Source: an uncultured Bacilli bacterium (lineage in GTDB: Bacteria; Bacillota_I; Bacilli_A; RFN20; DUOF01). From it: 48,361 nucleotides of DNA. Position 1 is the first letter of the stretch. Each line of letters starts with the position of its first letter. Below are positions 13,601 to 19,489 of this stretch, one piece after another. A model generated the notes under the pieces. It was given only the letters and a program-made list of their open reading frames with translations. It ran no database searches and was not told where the DNA came from. The position numbers were made by a program, and so were the translations under genes. The stretch covers positions 1-48,361 of the forward strand of contig CAKORZ010000002.1 of NCBI GenBank assembly GCA_934101685.1. The letters are read 5' to 3'.

Positions 13601-16600
13601 CTTCAACATAAATATCTAATTTCGCCTTTACTATACCAATACCACCAATAGCTCTAGATTCATTATAGAAACTATCAACTAATGTGAAATTGTACAAGCC
13701 CTTTGAAATTTTAAATACATCTTTATCATCAAGTATATTACATTCTTCATTATCGCATTGAACCTTAGGGATACTAATTCCTCCAGTAGTTTTATCTTCT
13801 AAAGTAGTAGATGCTGATATTAAGAATGATATGCTTTTTATTATTGCACTTTCATTTATAACATATTCTGGATCTTCTCTTGCTTTATCTAGTTCTTTTT
13901 TATTTAAAAGCATAATAGCTCTAATATATTGAGAAAGTCTTTCGCCAAATGAAGCCATATTTGTAGTTTCATCAATTTCCGTACAATCTGTTGTACAAAT
14001 TTCACTCTGCGTATATCTAACGGCTAATGAATCAAAATCATTTCTTTCATATAAATCTATTATTAAGTTAAAGGCATCTTCTCTTTTATCATCAGTTTCT
14101 TCAACTCTTAATTCTAATTTTTGAGTTCCAATTTTAAAATAGTAAGTCATTTCATTTCCTGCTCTATCACTTGCTGTAATAGAATATATTTTGTCAGGTT
14201 CGTTCTTATCATATCCATAAGCAATTTTTACGTATTCCGCTAAATTATTAATACATTTTCTATCGTTAACTGTGGCATTACATTTTAAATAATATTTTTG
14301 CTTATTAACTATTGTATAAGCATATGGATCTATATCAAAGATATTTGAGATTGTGATATCTCTAGTAAGCAAGTCTGGATCACTTTCACTTTTTCCTCTA
14401 TATAATTCTTCATAAAAAATTTGCTTTGTTGTCGCGCTTCCTGCTGCTTTGTAACTAATAGTTGGAACTGTTGAATCTAAAATAAATGTTGCTGATTCTC
14501 CACACACTTCATTTATTTCTCCATAGTTATAGCAATACTTTACAACGTATTTCCCATCTTTAGAATAATCTGCTGATGAGGACTTTTTAAATTGCACATT
14601 GTTTTTTCCAGATACGCTTGTTAATACAGGTATATTAGATATATAATAGCCATCATCAGAATTCAAAGTTTCATAAAATTCCACAACTAAATATACATTT
14701 GTTTTTAAATTTAAATTTAATTCTTTAGTATATAGTTCTGTTGTAGTTTCATCATTATATATATCTAGAACTGGTTTATTCGCTAACTTTTCAGTGTATC
14801 TTGTATTTTGCTCACTAACAAAATAATTATTATCTTCTATTATTTGATTTAGAATTCTTTGAAGAGATTTTAAATTTGCAAAAGCATATCCTTTTTGATT
14901 ATTACATATTCCTTTTAATCTTCTATTTGCATCTAACTTACATGAACTATCATTTTCATAGTTTAGTTCTAAATCTATATAATATACAAAATAAAAATTT
15001 TGGTTTGTCAATAAAGCGGTATCATCAAAAGCATTTACTCCTTCATTGCGGTTATATTTTTTGTTAACCAAAGCAATTCTAGTATATTCTTGTAATACAG
15101 CATATTCTTTTGCTTTTTCCTCTCCTTGGAAAGCTACTTTATTGTTATGAGGCTCCGCTTCATATTTTAAGAAATTAGAACGAGTATATACCAAACTTCT
15201 TGTATCTAGTACAAATTCTCCTTTTCCAGTAGATGTATTATATATAAATCTGTAGTAAGAAGTTCCTTCTGCTTTCTCTAGGTTATCTTCTATTGGATAG
15301 TAGTACTCACTCCAAGTGCCATCTCTTAAAGCTGTTGTTTCTGTTCTATTATATAAATACCATTTATCAATTCCTAAACCACCAATTTCAATGTTGTCAG
15401 GTAAATTATTTTCAATAACAACGATAGTTCTACCAATTATAAAATTAATATCATTAAAAGATATAAATCTATGGTATGTAGATATATCCGTTACATTTTC
15501 AGAAGTTATTGTTGTACTATCTGGATAGGCAATGCTTTTATTTCCATATTTCATTTTATATTTATCCATTACCATGTTTCCAGGACAACTAGTAGCATTA
15601 TCACCATCACACACTTTTTGATTTTGAAGTAAAGAAATATTATCATAGTTTGCAAATACAGTTTTATCAACAATTGCTATAAATGAATCCTCATTTCCTT
15701 TATTAGAAACTAGTACATCATTTATTTTAGTAGTTTTTGTTGATCCAGCAAACACATAGTTTATTTCTCCATCATTGCTTTCTCTAATATATATATCGTT
15801 AATAGTAGATGTTCCAGTTAAAAATCTTTCTGTTATATTAAGAGCTCCATCATCATCGAATCCTACTTCAGAATAATATCCTGTAGCGCCCTTCTGTCCT
15901 ACAGCAATATACAGATCATCATTTATTTTCTTAACAGAGTTTAATGTGTCACTTGAATTATTATTTTTTATTAAAGCATCAAAGATTCCTAAATTATTAT
16001 TTAGTAATACATATAGAACATTTTCAGTTCCTGAAGAATTTTCACTATTTGAAAATTGTGTTTTAATTCTATCTCTTCTTGTCTTTCCAACAATCAAATA
16101 ACCATTTTCACGTGAAACTATATCATTGAAGTATGTTGTTGTTGTACTTGCTTCATTATATGTTAAATAGTAATATGGTTTTTCAGATACGCATCCGTTT
16201 TCATCAGTAAAATTATCTACTTCGCAACTTGTCACATATCCACCTACTGCACCATTATAGCCTTCAACTTCACTACTTCCAACTGCGATTATTTTAGCTC
16301 TACTATCATCATTAACAACAATTAGTGAGTTATATCTTGATTCCAAACTATTAGCATAATAACTAATATTTACAAGTTCAGTATTATTTCCAATATTTAT
16401 TGTAGATCTCATAATCTTACCAATTGTCTTGTTATATGTATCTGTATAATATCCTACTGCCACTAAATAGTTGCCTGTCAATTCAATCTTATTAATTCTA
16501 GTCATTTCAACTGGTATGATTTTTCCATATTCTACAAGTCCACCATTTCCACCAGAGCTTAACTGTATTCTGCGCACAAAGCTTTTAGTTGAACCATCTT

Positions 16601-17297
16601 TTGTATATGTTCCACTTATATAAAAATCTGTTTTAGATGTTGAACCCACAGTCTTTATAATATCATATAAACTAACATCGCTTATTTCTGAAGTTGATGA
16701 TATTCCTAGTCCTTCAAAAAACCATAGTGTATTTAGACAATCAAATTTTTCATTCCATATTTGTCTTCCTATTAAATCATATTTTATTATATATGCATTG
16801 TTTCCAAAATTTCCAATTGCTAAATATCCATCATCTACTCCAATAATTTTTGTAAATGCGTCGTTTTCAGTAGTATTTACAGTTTCTGTATTCGCAACCC
16901 ATGTGCTTAAAGATTTGTTTAAGTCATTAGGTAGAACTCTAACTTGTCGTGTAATTGAAATTGAATCGTTTTCTGTTAAGAAATATTTAATCTTATAAAA
17001 TCCAGCGTTTTTAACATAATTATTTGATGATATAGCGCCAGATGCAGATGATGATTCTATAATCACTCCATTTATTTCAACAGTCACTTGATTTTTCACT
17101 GTTCCATCGCAAATTATTTCTACTCCACTATCGCTCCAACCAGCCTTAGTGTTTAAAACAAGATACTCGTCTCCATCTCTTAGGTTTATTTGACACTCTT
17201 CAGCTGACACTTTTTCAGCACCTAAAAAAGTGAAAAATGAAAACACTAAAATTAAAGCAAAAGTTCCCTTCTTTATTAATTTATTAATAAAATGCAT
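4650..17297 (-). CDS. Giant (4215 aa) secreted, C-terminally membrane-anchored surface protein with propeller-like and Ig-like modules; putative adhesin, family not assigned
   Basis: Uninterrupted 12,648-nt ORF in AT-rich DNA. Signal peptide MHFINKLIKKGTFALILVFSFFTFLGAEKVSA/EE (nt 17202-17297). C-terminal TM helix WSLIFIAGAAIIYGFGKVVIF (nt 4677-4739) followed by the basic tail RKKVKVLK. The ...DxxGN...DxxxP module-end signature recurs about 14-15 times. RBS-like AAAGGCGTGG lies upstream of the ATG. Confidence 0.9.
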   Translation of the reverse strand: MHFINKLIKKGTFALILVFSFFTFLGAEKVSAEECQINLRDGDEYLVLNTKAGWSDSGVEIICDGTVKNQVTVEINGVIIESSSASGAISSNNYVKNAGFYKIKYFLTENDSISITRQVRVLPNDLNKSLSTWVANTETVNTTENDAFTKIIGVDDGYLAIGNFGNNAYIIKYDLIGRQIWNEKFDCLNTLWFFEGLGISSTSEISDVSLYDIIKTVGSTSKTDFYISGTYTKDGSTKSFVRRIQLSSGGNGGLVEYGKIIPVEMTRINKIELTGNYLVAVGYYTDTYNKTIGKIMRSTINIGNNTELVNISYYANSLESRYNSLIVVNDDSRAKIIAVGSSEVEGYNGAVGGYVTSCEVDNFTDENGCVSEKPYYYLTYNEASTTTTYFNDIVSRENGYLIVGKTRRDRIKTQFSNSENSSGTENVLYVLLNNNLGIFDALIKNNNSSDTLNSVKKINDDLYIAVGQKGATGYYSEVGFDDDGALNITERFLTGTSTINDIYIRESNDGEINYVFAGSTKTTKINDVLVSNKGNEDSFIAIVDKTVFANYDNISLLQNQKVCDGDNATSCPGNMVMDKYKMKYGNKSIAYPDSTTITSENVTDISTYHRFISFNDINFIIGRTIVVIENNLPDNIEIGGLGIDKWYLYNRTETTALRDGTWSEYYYPIEDNLEKAEGTSYYRFIYNTSTGKGEFVLDTRSLVYTRSNFLKYEAEPHNNKVAFQGEEKAKEYAVLQEYTRIALVNKKYNRNEGVNAFDDTALLTNQNFYFVYYIDLELNYENDSSCKLDANRRLKGICNNQKGYAFANLKSLQRILNQIIEDNNYFVSEQNTRYTEKLANKPVLDIYNDETTTELYTKELNLNLKTNVYLVVEFYETLNSDDGYYISNIPVLTSVSGKNNVQFKKSSSADYSKDGKYVVKYCYNYGEINEVCGESATFILDSTVPTISYKAAGSATTKQIFYEELYRGKSESDPDLLTRDITISNIFDIDPYAYTIVNKQKYYLKCNATVNDRKCINNLAEYVKIAYGYDKNEPDKIYSITASDRAGNEMTYYFKIGTQKLELRVEETDDKREDAFNLIIDLYERNDFDSLAVRYTQSEICTTDCTEIDETTNMASFGERLSQYIRAIMLLNKKELDKAREDPEYVINESAIIKSISFLISASTTLEDKTTGGISIPKVQCDNEECNILDDKDVFKISKGLYNFTLVDSFYNESRAIGGIGIVKAKLDIYVEDDESYDEKKSNFTCTNGEENCDKRLPTSDADELEQTSIFFQAKSPETYKYQDLIPTTLYNDFNKTMMFTNKFVYLKFKINNLGILRINMAKNLNIMNNFDSSNADDMECLFVLYGDQVRAPQCGDTEGINQYKFSDIKNAESDIINKLQEKGIYFITEMNGDYYLAFTGDGTYYVSSELYTDVTGVEGEEGNLITLPVEYTFVIDTKKPNIIAQVECGASENCKGENNNFSTADFIYDSTNQSYKIINIGSWGIAFDLESEMIMENVINRLLVMTFDNETYYNPYTCALGKCDESINGTNAIFTQDGRWLKFTKSGTYIITFVDAGGNRTSYAFTIDKEAPSIDEIVDVNNKNLSEYQQFADVRITVSENSFLENKNGETIMTVKYGITSSDSSEPETVMTLTVINENGNCKLSLGTGLVDDYECRVDGTTTKSILFKFVIPINESRKSGTNTLNITVTDYFNNTFTKRQGFIFDNEMPYIYYDSSYTPTTEFGKYDFDNNKQYMLSMAADASLESFKCENETTIADSGKILCSDLPSQENIKNNVSIVAYEANRVTYNNYVRDTSGNYSLRENNIYADANVTLFKKMYPIYRSEDKLIEDISNNAKIYQKGAYIKVSIDEQIDPNTQYYYGDNKEPVNIKEMYTKTYDEVCTAEDTECKLYTMYKNTGKFSDTNYYTKDNEGFTLVEDTANISTSNYLNYYYDDPKYVEDNGKYLPSTILPQTCVQVNGGTCEEVTENDIGKIKLISENIKYYNLVSNDYKDANNNCPIDGMVRVNGRCGILDDRKWQIAKSNEQEVKFGFGLVSTLGRPIIFRAIDGAGNYSVNYLETVIIIEDKIAPSVVNISSLEYVEDNRGLTETENNYIKTNAYYKVSNELRNNKCSENTYYKQVSENSYVLVACDEINDYTQYYVKDSVYEKVADGLTKQTGVQYFVRYAYSLKTEDNKYKLTDKNLVVEFSEPIYKIECKYYSSITDQEEKCSINETEYDYRENKTYFELISDETEDTYINYTLTIYDFCDNQTTINYLFIDRQKPTIDFRDNGKKDVHNISVDYVDKENTNVTYDSEYINSNYTNDIKSNDDITNRINSQGADIYIKNSLTYQIIYYKYNFNITFNNYIKENNTFVAVPNGTTKDENTTYYTLMKKVSGYIFRGDYSCDSNSDYCYVEDYYNYYPSLLTDSNYWVEVAEDSYGNRIIKENLVDVYKIEYIVTDLAGNVSKTLIRTVYIEDTTIPEFKINGTRINSLSGYYNEVNILFENEDEGIFEVYSCTGTPDLCVLPTNIFENPRGSNIQKSVKKISESGGEYNYSNQAQGIYKFYVYDKGSYKENKICTNGSDCDNNSLNVMYLKYNYTSHQFIIDTTIPDMKIDAEIDEKTNKLYYAVSLKEDAKLYCKKGELRGEISTSDDGYYECEEMLNGTFRKESYSGGYNYIKTNSNGEVVYKIVYTKVLPNEDKYFYVTYYFENSSGGFSEYEMGHNFTTEDASNVYKISSIVAYIREDGGYLIKAVDKAMNSAGRSKNNNDHEDVSRIDVDNTAPDYNKSQNTPTGSSYWFSVPVDVISNSNVNVISTILSSVSNSNNAVNINDLSILNSNLFYAFATKTEAIVYLYNVYSKHIDENARYCNTNKYCYSYYDLSSRTFIEGRFDTKEAILQDVASYLSKLIFPTYGGDKLFGDSSIYQGICDPENNENCKETNMYKYVYLKKNDVDNSVSIEETCDSTENCIKVYVKILNYIVNLNIDLEVNEDNTRDTESIRYYYKTMTENGTTNFSTPQTATFNLQLNGNTYYIFEEVDRAISYTNSSNNKIVNHSNKSYYAVFVDDNSFLNIKYRSEKNGETVDNNEEIYINSSGISNTIKTNTTKFYLILKKSSDISRFEQKYEIYKNEDEVYSYLRLIRTIQREFDSNIVTYENINDYLKIGNNGEYYFEIPVGIADDDNMITTLEFIDRAGNVTKVIVSKSQISPNIQLSYVGEGSNQYALVTIVDTWNTRTLTNNLDAKWSSDGEVYETSEDILKSLKCLNGTTGLLYGCENTDGSANGKNIYKVKISNINHIYGFFEISLQDDHGNTNQVKFIYNPIDFTLSYSTDSSNTIKYIDNNTFIEEEQRMITKGDLILKWDDITNYINLYKLNNNSWQLVCTSQLMGTTHSGKCSTTGNQENKIEAEFISGNYSQSTLTYKDEGIYKVELVNRESILIQKRCIGNDGTINCKDIYTDVSIISSWEVNELNCLEALQIKKKEMENSNTGRRYSLFEIDKTNPDTSGVTITVNKPSGKLTFNTIQEFINDFRNYINSEVTIEWQEKLVSLKWSCNYNLTYVIKEINGRLSVVWVDNGSTSSVLIESNSFTIGQTYYTITKNQSNQDVISWNKDGVTKFAPITINDEGNKTFKLLNPCKGDQTAFNEAGIKTFTINSKNDVIYTFLFEDFAGNITESSEFTFSINIKLPEIEIYEVDENGNKLIGTDGNELIIMNGEKVKNNVKLFCYEDSVVSDCTDIYSIELYLETASGYTRRDTNIMVKEVYGRTSKYKYVAYVKKDTNGNYYPSLYSEIEFIIDKQPPKITISGNKVGVFEYYKGEVGVSIDDTVNGEGIIYGGCVLENDEYTCNDEPIATFSASGYVLLKTGTYKIIARDEIGNITVGRDIQYITIDNDSPDISVTADTSYVTYELSENSYTNAKMVSVTSVDNNLGSYLKYRINDGEWITIESTSMQFTEEGVYEIKAFDTVGNESIERHFVIYRQAPKYQLFINDNDASASAGDFIKGYAYITWKEPTSKAEAPIVKVTLNGEAYSKKQKVQESGEYMFVLTDLAGNTTTYKISINNSDNICLNNVLLKPKKQYLLELQDGKSLIIKSDKDYKFSANDTLVFATPTSQYKGTSSCGNGVLGYRSLDEGAYMVLNTNDSNYLNEHSESVITVESKYQNIISNLGGFVYVFVVDKKVAKKELGMNIGENFFNKDPLGWSLIFIAGAAIIYGFGKVVIFRKKVKVLK

Positions 17298-17325
17298 AAT
17301 ACCACGCCTTTCAATACACGATTTA

Positions 17326-17354
17326 ATTGTAAATTAATTAACCTTTTTATTCAA
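17326..17354 (-). promoter_or_regulatory. Candidate sigma-A-type promoter for the giant ORF
   Basis: On the minus strand: TTGAAT (17349-17354), 17-nt spacer, TACAAT (17326-17331), about 30 nt upstream of the ATG. Confidence 0.35.
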
Positions 17355-17389
17355 TAATTCGACACATATATTGTTCATAATTTTTAAGA

Positions 17390-17419
17390 TTGACAATATT
17401 TGTAATTATATTTTATAAT
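17390..17419 (+). promoter_or_regulatory. Candidate sigma-A-type promoter for the ParB-like ORF
   Basis: TTGACA (17390-17395), 18-nt spacer, TATAAT (17414-17419). An AGGTG RBS lies about 8 nt before the ATG at 17457. Confidence 0.45.
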
Positions 17420-17456
17420 TAGAGTATGATTTTTAATAAAAGTAGGTGTTTAAACT

Positions 17457-18629
17457 ATGGATTACACATTAAGTCAAAAAAGAGCCATTATCAGGGATGT
17501 TTTAGCTGAAGATGGTTTAACTTTAAATGATATGTCTAGATTTTTTTCTAGGACAATGACTTCAACTTCAGAAATTGAGCATCGTACTACCCCAAGTGGC
17601 ATTTCTTATGGAAAAGTTTCATCTTTTTTTACTCCTTCTATGGAAGAAATCTATATAGAAGATATTGTTGGATTAGAGTTTGCCACAAATAGTTTTTATG
17701 ATTGCTTGCTTAATATTTATAGGCCTGAATCACTCTTTGAAAATTTAGGAAAATTTGATAGAGAAAAATTTCAAAGAACATTAAGTAGTTCTAATTTTGA
17801 ACTTATTGAAAAAGATGGTAAATACTATGTTCATGGGGATGGCAATCACAGAGTTTTATTAATGCTTTTCCAATATTACAAAGGGTTAGCAAGACTAGAA
17901 AAGCTAAATGCGCCTGCTTGGATGTTTCATAAATATATTGGTGAATCAAAAATAACTGTTCCTGTTATCCATTTAGATCATAAAGAGAGCCTATTGAATT
18001 TTTTAGATAAATATAGTTTTGAAGTTTTTGAGCCTTTAGAACAAGATTTTATAAATAGTTTTACAGGCAAAAATAGTTATCGCACTATTGTTTATAATCA
18101 AGAAAACAATACATATTCCTTTTATTACAAAGGGTTTGAAAAGCATGAACTTACACCTAACGAAACATTAAGAGCTTTATCAAACATTGAAAACATAAGC
18201 TGTGAAAACAAAGTTCTTTTTAACGATGATCTATTTATTTTATTTAATGAACATTTTGGCCTTATGGACATTCCTTCAGACCATGTTATGCGTTGTGATG
18301 AGATTATTTCAAATTTAAGATTACCTGATACTAAATTTCCATATTTTATAGATGGATCATATGATTGCGAATGTTTCGATTTGCATATTGCTAATTCCTC
18401 ATATACTGATAAGATAGCTAATGTTATAGAAATAAATCGTTTTATTGAAGACCACCTTGATATTTTGAAAGCAGATAGGGTGGAAGATGTATATGAACCC
18501 GCTACTTGTTTGTATGAGAGAAAATACACAAACATTCCTTTAGAAAAAGCTATAGAAATCGTTAATGTTTTTAAAAAATTAGAAGATTTAATACTTATAA
18601 ATGAGCCGAAAAGAAAGACAAAAAAATAG
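17457..18629 (+). CDS. Hypothetical protein with an N-terminal ParB/sulfiredoxin-like domain (DGNHR motif) and a C-terminal region of about 250 aa of unknown function
   Basis: 390 aa. ELIEKDGKYYVHGDGNHRVLLM (DGNHR at nt 17838-17852) fits the hydrophobic-strand plus DGxHR core of ParB/Srx-fold domains. It has its own promoter and RBS. It is the only plus-strand gene in the left arm apart from rsmI. Confidence 0.8.
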   Translation: MDYTLSQKRAIIRDVLAEDGLTLNDMSRFFSRTMTSTSEIEHRTTPSGISYGKVSSFFTPSMEEIYIEDIVGLEFATNSFYDCLLNIYRPESLFENLGKFDREKFQRTLSSSNFELIEKDGKYYVHGDGNHRVLLMLFQYYKGLARLEKLNAPAWMFHKYIGESKITVPVIHLDHKESLLNFLDKYSFEVFEPLEQDFINSFTGKNSYRTIVYNQENNTYSFYYKGFEKHELTPNETLRALSNIENISCENKVLFNDDLFILFNEHFGLMDIPSDHVMRCDEIISNLRLPDTKFPYFIDGSYDCECFDLHIANSSYTDKIANVIEINRFIEDHLDILKADRVEDVYEPATCLYERKYTNIPLEKAIEIVNVFKKLEDLILINEPKRKTKK

Positions 18630-18650
18630 CAAATTAATTGCTATTTTTTA
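18620..18650. terminator. Putative bidirectional terminator shared by the convergent ParB-like gene and folD
   Basis: Imperfect palindrome tagcaaattaattgcta (18627-18643) has an A-run on one side and a T-run on the other. It overlaps both stop codons. Confidence 0.4.
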
Positions 18651-19489
18651 TTTATTCTTTTTTCAAATGAAGTTACCGTTTGACTCATTAAAGAAACTAT
18701 TGTCATAGGCCCCACTCCACCAGGAACTGGTGTGTAAGCACTTGCAATATTTTCAATTCCGTCTTGATCTACATCACCTATATTTCCTAGGTTATATCCA
18801 GCATCTATTACAACACATCCTGGTTTTAACCATTCTTTTTTTACAAATTTTGGTTTGCCAACACACGCTACAACTATATCCGATTTTTTTACTAATTCTT
18901 CTAAGTTTTTAGTCCTACTGTGAGCTATTGTAACTGTTGCATTTTTATTTAAAAGCATCATTGCCATAGGTTTACCAAGTATAGCACTTCTTCCTATAAC
19001 AATTGCCTCTTTTCCTTCTATTTCTATATTATAATTTTCAAGTATTTTCATGATTCCATAAGGAGTAGCACTTACATAAGCTTCTTCTCCCATAGACATT
19101 GCTCCAAAGCCTGCACTAGTAACTCCATCTACATCTTTACAAGGTAAAATTGAATTGAAACATTTTCTTTCATCAATATGTCTTGGTACTGGATGTTGAA
19201 GCAATATTCCATCTATATTTTCATTATTATTTAAATCTTGAATAATTCTAAGTAGTTCATCTGTAGTAGTATTGTAATCTAACTCTATTTTTAGAGATTC
19301 AATGCCTATTCTTGCACATGCATTCCCTTTCATTCTTACATATGTTTGACTTGCAGGATCTTCACCTACAATTATAGTTGCTAAAGTAGCAGTTTTTCCT
19401 GATATTTCCTTTAGTTTTGCAACTTTTTCTTTTAGTTCTTCTTCTAATCTTTTTGATAATTCTTTACCATTTAAAACAACAGCACTCAC
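18641..19489 (-). CDS. folD: Bifunctional methylenetetrahydrofolate dehydrogenase/cyclohydrolase FolD
   Basis: 282 aa. YVRMKGNACARIGI, LLQHPVP, GRSAILGKPMA and PVPGGVGPMT motifs. GTG start overlaps the dusB TGA (GTGA). GGGGG RBS. Confidence 0.95.
   Translation of the reverse strand: MSAVVLNGKELSKRLEEELKEKVAKLKEISGKTATLATIIVGEDPASQTYVRMKGNACARIGIESLKIELDYNTTTDELLRIIQDLNNNENIDGILLQHPVPRHIDERKCFNSILPCKDVDGVTSAGFGAMSMGEEAYVSATPYGIMKILENYNIEIEGKEAIVIGRSAILGKPMAMMLLNKNATVTIAHSRTKNLEELVKKSDIVVACVGKPKFVKKEWLKPGCVVIDAGYNLGNIGDVDQDGIENIASAYTPVPGGVGPMTIVSLMSQTVTSFEKRINKK

Noticed and set aside
5143-16998. Plus-strand ORFs of 60-95 aa inside the giant gene (5143-5388, 6775-7062, 10296-10568, 11923-12144, 14876-15067, 15316-15528, 16798-16998), and minus-strand out-of-frame ORFs (7361-7546, 10175-10381, 11543-11746)
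   Set aside because: All are short and I/L/F-rich, lack RBSs, and are embedded in a 12.6-kb ORF with coherent domain structure. I treat them as frame shadows.
4650-17297. DNA-level tandem repeats or recent internal duplications in the giant ORF
   Set aside because: The modules share only short protein motifs. I could not find long identical nucleotide stretches by eye, so I do not report a repeat feature.
18125-18535. 136-aa antisense ORF nested inside the ParB-like gene
   Set aside because: It lies entirely within a longer ORF that has a promoter, an RBS and a recognisable motif. It has no RBS of its own and its composition is low-complexity and Ser-rich. It is most likely a shadow ORF.
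4650-18629. The giant gene plus the ParB-like gene as a compositionally distinct, horizontally acquired island
   Set aside because: Hand GC counts of sample lines gave about 32% in the giant gene, about 32-37% in the 390-aa gene and about 37% in folD. These do not separate the pair from its neighbours. I saw no flanking direct repeats, tRNA or integrase. A proper sliding-window or k-mer analysis is needed before claiming HGT.
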